This document shows, piece after piece, positions 1 through 7,738 of a DNA stretch of 21,078 nt (its first letter is position 1; every line of letters begins with the position of its first letter). A program made the position numbers and the translations under genes. The DNA is from an uncultured virus (IMG/VR IMGVR_UViG_3300021197_001731) (Duplodnaviria > Heunggongvirae > Uroviricota > Caudoviricetes). Under the pieces are notes generated by a model. That model searched no databases, was not told where the DNA came from, and was given only the letters and a program-made list of their open reading frames with translations. Where the stretch lies: the IMG/VR virus record IMGVR_UViG_3300021197_001731; one strand, 5' to 3'.

Positions 1-486
1 AATCAACCCTTGTCTATATCAGAGATCTATACCTGTAGTTGTCCAGCCTATCTTCATGCTGTATTGCGGAACCCTGAATCAACTGATGATGATGGCAAAA
101 AGATTAACAGACAGCAACGTCTTCCAACACCTACTGCAAAAGGTGCTTCAACTTATGAAGCCAATGGATTGCTAAAAACAGTAGGCATTGCGGAGTCATG
201 GGCCACAGATGAATACAAAAAAAGCTTTAAGGTTTGCAAGCACACCATCGCTGCAATGTTTATCGACAAGGTACGAGTAATGGAACCTAATACATTTCCA
301 AGTGCTGATGCTCGTGAGAAGTTTGAAGCAAAATTAGCCAAAGACATTGAGGAAGTTGCTGAAGAATTTACGGCACAGTTAAGACGATCGGAGATGACTC
401 AAATAGAAGTTATATATGCGCTAGCAGAGGCGTTAAACCTTGATGACGTAGAAATTGGTTATGTGTTATTAACAAGTAAATTCTAA
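1..486 (+). CDS. SWIM-type zinc-finger protein, 5'-partial
   Basis: The frame is open from base 1. CSCP...CKH matches the SWIM CxC-x(n)-CxH pattern. Confidence 0.6.
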   Translation, partial: NQPLSISEIYTCSCPAYLHAVLRNPESTDDDGKKINRQQRLPTPTAKGASTYEANGLLKTVGIAESWATDEYKKSFKVCKHTIAAMFIDKVRVMEPNTFPSADAREKFEAKLAKDIEEVAEEFTAQLRRSEMTQIEVIYALAEALNLDDVEIGYVLLTSKF

Positions 487-511
487 TCAAATACAATAGA
501 TAAAGAAACAT

Positions 512-2299
512 GTGAGTGTAGTTGTGACCTCAAGTAATGAAAACTACCAAGGCGTATTGGATGCTATTAATGAACTACGTGCACGTAATGGCGAGTCTGC
601 TCAAAACAATCCACCAAACTGGAAAGGTATTATTAATGCCTTACAGTCACTAAACAAATGGGGACAGGTAGAAAACGGAGATACTCCACCAGGATATGTA
701 CCTGATTACGATTCAGGAGGCAGCATAACCGGCAGTCACTACAATCCACAGCCTGATAATGGTCGTCTGTGGTTTGATATACGATCGGGCCGTCTGCTTA
801 TTTGGCAAGATGATGGTTGGTATCAAACTAACGGTGCTGACGGTCTACCATTCTTTGCTACCTCTGCTCCTGCTTCAGAAGTCCCAGGTGCACTTTGGTT
901 TAATACAGCAAACTTAAATCTATATATCTATGATGGCAGCAACTGGATCTTAATTTCAAGTCCTACAGGCGCAACAACCACAACAGCACTCCCATTAACC
1001 TCAGCAGAAAGTAACTTATTCCCTGTTCCCGCTAATATACAAACGCAGAATCAAGCCAATACTTACTTTATTGGAGCTGTATCTACACTACAAACCAACG
1101 TTACAGCGTTGCAAACAGAACAAGCTGCACCTATCTCAGCTTCTGCACCTAGCGCAACAACAGCTGGTGAGTTTTGGTTTAATAGTACAACGTTAGAACT
1201 AAGGGTGTCTTACGGAGGAGCATGGGTGCCTGCTTCTCTGCCGTTAACGGATGATACAGATTTTGTAGCACTGAGTACTACTGTTACCAACAACTACACA
1301 ACCACAACCAATCTGATTACAGCATCTAATGTTCGCATCACAGCACTAGAGAATGCACCACTACGTACGTTAACGCTTGCAGTCGATACTAATGAAAAAG
1401 CAATTGTACTAAATGATAGTGCTGCAACAAATACTCAAGTTAAGTTTTTGGGTACAAATGGAATTGGTATAACAGTAACAGCTTCAGATATAACAGTCGA
1501 TGCTGCTGGTGTTCTTACAGCTGCCAGTGGATTAATTACAGCAACTGGATGGGGGACAGCAATTACTAACCTGACAACCAGGACCACCGCTTTAGAGACA
1601 GATGTAACTACTTTGCAGAATACACCAGTTGTATCAGTTAGTGCATTCAATACGCTAAATACCACCGTTAGTGGCTTACCTACAACCTCTGACTTGAACC
1701 TGAAAGTTGACAAAAGTAGTCCATCATTTACTACCGACGTAGACTTCAATAACAATCGCTTACTTCAAGTAGGCACAGCTACTGCATCAACAGATGGCGT
1801 AAACAAGGCGTATGCGGACGCAATCAAAACGTATGCAGATAATACTTTTATTACTCAAACGACCAGTACATTAGGCAACCTAATTATTAGTCGTACAAAT
1901 CTAAGTGCGCCTGCTCTTGATTTCTCAGGATCTCATACTAATAGTTTTGAAGCATTTAAATTCAAGACATATGGTGGATCAGGAACGGTCACATTTGGTG
2001 TTACTGCTTACACAAATGAATATGCTTATACATTTACTGGTGACGAAGAGTTCTCTTGGATTGGTGCTAGTGGTAAAACAGCATTTATAGATGACACTGG
2101 TATTACTACTGAAGCTTTAACAATCGCAGATATTAGTAGAAACTCTGGTGGCACACAAGTATTGTCCAACACAATTGATGTAAAGGAACGGATTTCTACA
2201 TATCAGACTGCATTGATTGGAGTGAGGACTGCATTAAATACCTCTTCTGATTACGCTAGCTTTAAGACAGCTGCGTTAACCGCCCTAGCCAACATTTAA
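512..2299 (+). CDS. virion structural / tail-fibre-like protein
   Basis: 595 aa, T/S/A/N-rich. Three G-x-(L/F)-W-F-(D/N)...W repeats, coiled-coil segments (RITALE, RTTALE) and a DGVNKAYAD fibre motif. Confidence 0.7.
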   Translation: MSVVVTSSNENYQGVLDAINELRARNGESAQNNPPNWKGIINALQSLNKWGQVENGDTPPGYVPDYDSGGSITGSHYNPQPDNGRLWFDIRSGRLLIWQDDGWYQTNGADGLPFFATSAPASEVPGALWFNTANLNLYIYDGSNWILISSPTGATTTTALPLTSAESNLFPVPANIQTQNQANTYFIGAVSTLQTNVTALQTEQAAPISASAPSATTAGEFWFNSTTLELRVSYGGAWVPASLPLTDDTDFVALSTTVTNNYTTTTNLITASNVRITALENAPLRTLTLAVDTNEKAIVLNDSAATNTQVKFLGTNGIGITVTASDITVDAAGVLTAASGLITATGWGTAITNLTTRTTALETDVTTLQNTPVVSVSAFNTLNTTVSGLPTTSDLNLKVDKSSPSFTTDVDFNNNRLLQVGTATASTDGVNKAYADAIKTYADNTFITQTTSTLGNLIISRTNLSAPALDFSGSHTNSFEAFKFKTYGGSGTVTFGVTAYTNEYAYTFTGDEEFSWIGASGKTAFIDDTGITTEALTIADISRNSGGTQVLSNTIDVKERISTYQTALIGVRTALNTSSDYASFKTAALTALANI

Positions 2300-2301
2300 T
2301 C

Positions 2302-2496
2302 ATGCCTTCATTTAACTTTCCATCTAATCCAACAAATGGGATGACTGTCAAAAACGATACTACAGGAGTTTCCTATTCATGGGATAAAGAATCTAATTCC
2401 TGGAACATTGTACGTACAAGCGTGAATGATGCTCTCGATAATGTCACAACAGCGTTAGTATCGTTAACAGGTCCGATGGGAAATAAAGATGTTTAA
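2302..2496 (+). CDS. small virion-associated protein
   Basis: N-terminus FNFPSNPTNG...YSWD...W resembles the start of fibre 2 (LDFPD...YTY...W). Tightly packed with neighbours. Confidence 0.55.
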   Translation: MPSFNFPSNPTNGMTVKNDTTGVSYSWDKESNSWNIVRTSVNDALDNVTTALVSLTGPMGNKDV

Positions 2497-2692
2497 GCCC
2501 GAAGATTTTCACTTATCAATGGAAAAAGAACTCAAGAAACGAGTCATCTTTGACGACATTAATGCGTGCGATAATGTTGAGACTCTACAAAACAGTCTTC
2601 GTCAAGTTACTGATCAATTGATGAAGTACCAACAGCTACTAGATGCCACGCTACGACAGCTGTTGGACATTGAACTAACAAAGTTAGAATAG
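2489..2692 (+). CDS. NblA-like phycobilisome degradation protein (candidate)
   Basis: 67 aa, predicted two-helix. LSMEKEL...I...D-x-E-x-L...L...Q-x-LL resembles the marine cyanophage NblA pattern. Recognised by eye only. Confidence 0.5.
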   Translation: MFKPEDFHLSMEKELKKRVIFDDINACDNVETLQNSLRQVTDQLMKYQQLLDATLRQLLDIELTKLE

Positions 2693-2716
2693 ATAGAGAA
2701 AGCTACTGGATGACAG

Positions 2717-3259
2717 ATGCCTAATGTTGGAGACACTAAAACAAGATTTGGTCGTCAGTATATCTATTTAAATCCTGCCCCTAACGGAACAGGAACTATA
2801 GGTGAATGGCGTTTGCGTATTGATGATAATGGTCAACCACCCATTACACCAGGTGGCACTACTAATTTAGGTTACCAAGCAACTGTTGCAGCTGGTCAGC
2901 CAACTATTGTTGCAGGCAATCTCATTTACTTGGATTCCGCAGGAGAAGCAAAACTTGCAGACGCTTCAACTATCGCTGAATCTGTTGTTGTAGGCATGAC
3001 AACAACACAGGCAAGTGCTGGTGCTTTGGTCGAATTTACAAGGAATGAAATCAAGACAATCTTTAATGTCTCAACAGTTGTTGAAGGTGGACCTTCTGCA
3101 TTAGTTCCAGGCACAGTGTATTACTTGAGTACGGTTGCTGGTAAATGGACTACAACTCCAAATGCCACTACTGCTGGTTCAGTGATTAGATCCTGTGGCA
3201 CAGCAGTAGATACAGACAAAATGTCCATTGAAATTCAAATTGTTACTTCTGCAATCTAA
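2717..3259 (+). CDS. virion structural protein (capsid-fibre/cement-like)
   Basis: 180 aa. GNLIYLDSAG..KLADA...VVG...LVPGTVYYLS..AG pattern is typical of phage fibre/decoration proteins. Confidence 0.5.
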   Translation: MPNVGDTKTRFGRQYIYLNPAPNGTGTIGEWRLRIDDNGQPPITPGGTTNLGYQATVAAGQPTIVAGNLIYLDSAGEAKLADASTIAESVVVGMTTTQASAGALVEFTRNEIKTIFNVSTVVEGGPSALVPGTVYYLSTVAGKWTTTPNATTAGSVIRSCGTAVDTDKMSIEIQIVTSAI

Positions 3260-3708
3260 TGGCAAATCGTAAAATCACCGTACTTAATCCAACAGGGTAC
3301 CAAGAGCTATTTCAATCAGGTGACGTCCTGGTATTAGATGGAAGTGTAGATCTTCAATCAAATGGCATTACAGGCATTCCTGATCCAACACAAAATTTAG
3401 ATTGTTCAAATAAAAAATATGTAGATGATACTAAAGCTTTGCTTGACAGTGACATCGCAACAATCAATACTAACATCACAAACCTGACGAACAGTATTGG
3501 TAACGGTACTATTAGCTTCAGTGCTTCACAGAACATGACTGTAGCTGGCAGTCTTACAACCAATCAGGCTGGTAACTCAACAATTACATTAACTGGTCCA
3601 GATCTGACCAACTTACTACCAAAACCATCTGCTGATGGTGTTTACGTAGTCAATAAAACAGGAGTCAATGTGACATATGTCGAAGTGATTGACGGCGGTT
3701 CATATTGA
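3259..3708 (+). CDS. virion structural protein
   Basis: 149 aa. ITGIPDPT..D.SNKKYVD fibre motif; C-terminal IDGGSY. Start overlaps the upstream stop (TAATG). Confidence 0.6.
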   Translation: MANRKITVLNPTGYQELFQSGDVLVLDGSVDLQSNGITGIPDPTQNLDCSNKKYVDDTKALLDSDIATINTNITNLTNSIGNGTISFSASQNMTVAGSLTTNQAGNSTITLTGPDLTNLLPKPSADGVYVVNKTGVNVTYVEVIDGGSY

Positions 3709-3758
3709 TAGAATGAATACAACAGTTCTTACTGTTGTTAAATTGCTTATTAGTCAAG

Positions 3759-6700
3759 ATGAAGTTACAATTAAAACGCAGTAATGTTCTAGTTAGTGGT
3801 GGTGCAAAAGAACCAACTGCAGCACAACTAGATTACGGCGAATTAGCAATTAACTACAGTGCAGGAGATGCTGCTATCTTCCTGAAGGATAGTACTAATA
3901 ATGTTATTCGAATTGCTGGTGTAGGCAATATTGCAGACGATGGTTTAACTAACGTACCGACTACCACAAGTCCTCCAACAACTCCAACACCAGAAGCTGG
4001 TAACCTATGGTATAACTCAGAAGATGGCCGTTTATATATTTACTACGTAGATGATAATAGTTCTCAGTGGGTTGATGCAAGTCCCGATACTTGGCAAACC
4101 ACAGTAATCCCAGATACTACTAACCCTGCTCATCAGGCAGGGACATTGGATGATCGATATATTAATACCAATGGCGACACGCTCACTGGTGCCTTGTTGC
4201 TTGATAATGCAGCAACTGTGGCAACACCAGACCTTGCATTTGATGGCGACCTAAATACAGGCATCTATTCACCTGGTGCTGATTCATTAGCTATTACAAC
4301 TGCTGGAACGCAGCGCGTCACTGTTGACAGCTCGGGGAGGCTGTTGGTTGGTACGTCTGCTGCCCCAAGCGTTGGTATCCCTGCCAGTGCAACTTTTGTT
4401 GTGCAGGGTTACGTAGGCTCTACAACCGGCGATTCTTTAATTAGTCTGCAAAGAGGTCAAGCTCCTGCAAGTATTTCCAGCGGAGCTCAACTTGGTGCAA
4501 TTACTTTTGGCGCCAATGATGGTAGTCCTTACGCACAGATCCATGCAGCAACTGATGGCTCAGGTGGAACAAGTGACTATCCAGGAAGATTAGTTTTTTC
4601 AACCACTGCCGACACAGGATCAGCACCCGCCGAGCGCATACGTATCGACAGCTCGGGCAATGTTGGGATTAATAACTCAAGCCCTTCTAGTTATAACAGT
4701 GATGGAAGAAATTTAGTTGTGGGTTCTGGCTCAGGTGGTCAAGGATTAAGTATTGCCAGTGGTACTAGCAGCTATGGAACTATTTATTTTGCCGATGGAA
4801 CGTCTGGTGATGCTCTTTACCGTGGTTCTGTTCTTTACAACCATGCAAGCGATTTCATGCGGTTTGATACCGCTGCAAACGAGCGGATGCGAATCGACAG
4901 CTCGGGAAAGGTTGGGATTGGAACGTCATCAGTTGACGCCAATTTACATATTAAAGGCAGCTACCCTACTGTTCATATTGAGCGCGACCATGCTACTAAT
5001 TACTCTCGGCTACTATTAGACAATACTTCTAATGATGGTGGAGCAATTGATGGCATTGGAGATGGTACCGGTGGACTGCGCATTTCTACATCAGCTGCTG
5101 GAACTATTACCGAGCGTATGCGAATCGACAGCTCGGGAAATGTTGGGATTGGAACAACGTCACCATCAGCTCAAATTGAAATCGAAGGAAACGTATCTTC
5201 AGTTACACAGTTCTCAGGTTTTCAAGGACTTCGCATTCAAAACGCAAATGGTGCCGCTTATGGAGTTACCGCTGATATAAATTTTGTAGCAGGCACATCC
5301 TCTAACAATAGAGGCGCAGTCATAGGTGCTGAATTTGTAAGTGGAACAAATGGCAATGACCTTTACTTTGCTACTAATAGCAGTTCAGTAAGTTCCAATG
5401 ATACACCTACGGAGCGGATGCGAATCGACAGCTCGGGGCTTGTAAATGTCACAGGCGGAATCCAAGTAACCCAAAATGTGACCCCTACGGCTGGTAGTGG
5501 TGTTGAAATTTTTAAGCCATCTAGTACCGCTGGTCAACTGCAAGCATTTAACAGAACCGGAAGTGCTTGGATGGATCTAATCCTTAAAGGTAATACTCAA
5601 CAATTTCATGCAAATGGCTCCGAGCGTATGCGAATCGACAGCTCGGGCAATGTTGGAATTGGAACAACGAGTCCTAGTCAACTGCTTGAGATAGCATCAA
5701 CTGCTCCAAATATTAGATTCACGGATACCATTGATGGTCACTCTGAAATTGATGGAAATGCAGCAAACTTGAAATTTAACGCTGATAAAGGCAATGCAAA
5801 GGCTGACTCCAATATTAGTTTTGCTGTGGATAATTCCGAGCACATGCGAATCAACAGCTCGGGAAATGTTGGGATTGGAACGACGTCGCCTGCCAATGTT
5901 TTACACATTAAAAACGATTCCCCAACGATTCGTCTTGAGTCAAGTGCAAGCAGCTATGTAGGAAGAAATACTATTGGCCAATATCAAAGTGGATTATTTA
6001 TTGATTGTGATAATGACAACGCTATTGCTAACTCATTCACATCATTTGGCGTAGATGGCAGCGAGCGGATGCGAATCGATAGCTCTGGTCGTATGGGGAT
6101 TGGAACGACGACACCATCAAGAACATTAACTGTTCAAGGAGATATGAACCTTGCGAGTGGTTCAAATATTGAAAGTGATTCCTCAGGAGGAACACTGCGG
6201 ATTCAAGGTGGATCTACTTATCCTGGTGGCACTATTTTAATGGGAGGAGGGTCTGGTACTAATGATATTCGCTTTAGCACAACTGGTGTTTCTACTTCTG
6301 TATCAGCAACTGAGCGCATGCGAATCGACAGCTCGGGCAGGGTGTTAGTGGGTGGTTCAAGTCCTTACGTTACAGATGCTAATTTTCAAGTAAGGGATGA
6401 TACTAATGCTAAGTTTGTAATAAGTAATCCTGGTAATGCAACATACTCATTAGCGGTTGGCACAGATAACGCTCTTGCATTTAAAGATGAATCAAATGGT
6501 GCCGAGCGGATGCGAATCGACAGCTCGGGCGATCTTTGCGTAGGCTGCACCAGTTTTAATACTAATACTCCAGGTGCTACTATCAAAAATCATTTAGGAA
6601 ATCGCGGAAGAATTAATGTTGTAAAAACATTCTCTGGAACTGCAGACGCAATTGCTTGTTATCACTCAGGGTCTTATGTTGGAGGCATACTTTACACCAA

Positions 6701-7022
6701 TACAGGAACTTCTATATATAGCTCTTCCGACTATCGACTTAAAACAAATATCGTTAATTTAGCAAATGCAGTTGATCGAGTTAAAAATTTATTGCCAAAG
6801 CGTTTTAACTTTATTTCAGAGCCAGACAATATTGTTGATGGATTTATTGCGCACGAGGTTCAAGATGTTGTGCCTGAGGCTGTATTTGGCGAAAAAGACG
6901 GAGAAAGAATGCAAGGCATTGATCATTCTAAACTTGTTCCACTGCTTACTGCTGCACTACAAGAAGCAATTGCCAAGATCGAAACCCTTGAACAGCGTCT
7001 ATCTGATGCTGGTATCGCCTAG
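3759..7022 (+). CDS. long tail fibre 1 with ERMRIDSSG repeat modules and C-terminal intramolecular chaperone (peptidase S74)
   Basis: ATG at 3759 preferred over TTG 3735. N-terminal LKRS..PT...L.YGELAIN anchor motif, 10 ERMRIDSSG-type junctions, SSDYRLKTNI cleavage motif and a C-terminal coiled coil. Confidence 0.9.
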   Translation: MKLQLKRSNVLVSGGAKEPTAAQLDYGELAINYSAGDAAIFLKDSTNNVIRIAGVGNIADDGLTNVPTTTSPPTTPTPEAGNLWYNSEDGRLYIYYVDDNSSQWVDASPDTWQTTVIPDTTNPAHQAGTLDDRYINTNGDTLTGALLLDNAATVATPDLAFDGDLNTGIYSPGADSLAITTAGTQRVTVDSSGRLLVGTSAAPSVGIPASATFVVQGYVGSTTGDSLISLQRGQAPASISSGAQLGAITFGANDGSPYAQIHAATDGSGGTSDYPGRLVFSTTADTGSAPAERIRIDSSGNVGINNSSPSSYNSDGRNLVVGSGSGGQGLSIASGTSSYGTIYFADGTSGDALYRGSVLYNHASDFMRFDTAANERMRIDSSGKVGIGTSSVDANLHIKGSYPTVHIERDHATNYSRLLLDNTSNDGGAIDGIGDGTGGLRISTSAAGTITERMRIDSSGNVGIGTTSPSAQIEIEGNVSSVTQFSGFQGLRIQNANGAAYGVTADINFVAGTSSNNRGAVIGAEFVSGTNGNDLYFATNSSSVSSNDTPTERMRIDSSGLVNVTGGIQVTQNVTPTAGSGVEIFKPSSTAGQLQAFNRTGSAWMDLILKGNTQQFHANGSERMRIDSSGNVGIGTTSPSQLLEIASTAPNIRFTDTIDGHSEIDGNAANLKFNADKGNAKADSNISFAVDNSEHMRINSSGNVGIGTTSPANVLHIKNDSPTIRLESSASSYVGRNTIGQYQSGLFIDCDNDNAIANSFTSFGVDGSERMRIDSSGRMGIGTTTPSRTLTVQGDMNLASGSNIESDSSGGTLRIQGGSTYPGGTILMGGGSGTNDIRFSTTGVSTSVSATERMRIDSSGRVLVGGSSPYVTDANFQVRDDTNAKFVISNPGNATYSLAVGTDNALAFKDESNGAERMRIDSSGDLCVGCTSFNTNTPGATIKNHLGNRGRINVVKTFSGTADAIACYHSGSYVGGILYTNTGTSIYSSSDYRLKTNIVNLANAVDRVKNLLPKRFNFISEPDNIVDGFIAHEVQDVVPEAVFGEKDGERMQGIDHSKLVPLLTAALQEAIAKIETLEQRLSDAGIA

Positions 7023-7029
7023 CGGTATC

Positions 7030-7049
7030 CCGCCCCATGGCAACGTGGG
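7030..7049 (+). repeat. 20-bp hairpin repeat after fibre 1 (copy 1)
   Basis: CCGCCCCATGGCAACGTGGG is identical to 10362-10381. Confidence 0.9.
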
Positions 7050-7105
7050 ATATCAATATCTAATAACCGACAATTGCTAGAATAAGTAATATCGACGATA
7101 ATCAA

Positions 7106-7462
7106 ATGGCCGACACTTACTCCTGGAAAGTAGCAACATTAGACCGCGAGATTTCTAATGGTACTGTTTATACAGTTCACTATACAGTTTCTGCTTCTCG
7201 TGCAAACCCTGCTGAAGGTGAAAGCGACTATACAGCTGGTTCATACGGCAGTGTGGGTGTTACTGCAGATCCTTCTTCCAAGAGCTTTATCCCCTATGAG
7301 GATCTAACCGAAGATAATTGCATCGATTGGGTCAAGGCAGATCTTGGTAGTGAATCAGTAGATGCTATTGAAGTTAGTATTTCAAGTAATTTAGACGAAC
7401 AAGTTAATCCAACAGATGCAGCTGGCGTGCCTTGGGCTACGGAAACTACTACTGCTGAATAA
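7106..7462 (+). CDS. conserved phage protein, possible tail-fibre assembly/accessory factor
   Basis: 118 aa, acidic. W.V..LDRE...VYTVHY...GSVG...FIPYEDLTE...I.WVK family is commonly found next to such fibres. Confidence 0.6.
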   Translation: MADTYSWKVATLDREISNGTVYTVHYTVSASRANPAEGESDYTAGSYGSVGVTADPSSKSFIPYEDLTEDNCIDWVKADLGSESVDAIEVSISSNLDEQVNPTDAAGVPWATETTTAE

Positions 7463-7515
7463 ACTCACAAAGTAATAGTTAATAGCTAGAATAAAACCTG
7501 AGTCTAATACTTAAT

Positions 7516-7701
7516 ATGGCCTGTAAAAAATCAGAGTTGGTAGGAGCTATCAATTCATTTGCGACTGCACGTGCAAGTGGTGATAATGCGCTACAGCAAA
7601 TGTCTGCACAATTGCTGCAGAATACAATTGAAACACTGGAGTTTGAGCCAGAAGAAGTTGCCGAAGAATCTACAGAGGTAGAAGAAGAAACTTCTAATTA
7701 G
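7516..7701 (+). CDS. hypothetical phage protein with acidic tail
   Basis: 61-aa ORF with its own TAGAAT element 23 nt upstream. Confidence 0.7.
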   Translation: MACKKSELVGAINSFATARASGDNALQQMSAQLLQNTIETLEFEPEEVAEESTEVEEETSN

Positions 7702-7738
7702 TAATCGTTAAAATAGGACTATTACAAGTCTCTGAATA

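Noticed and set aside
4632..6530. CRISPR array (regular ~26-bp palindromic repeats)
   Set aside because: Intervening sequences are about 170-270 nt, in frame and coding; no cas genes or leader are present.
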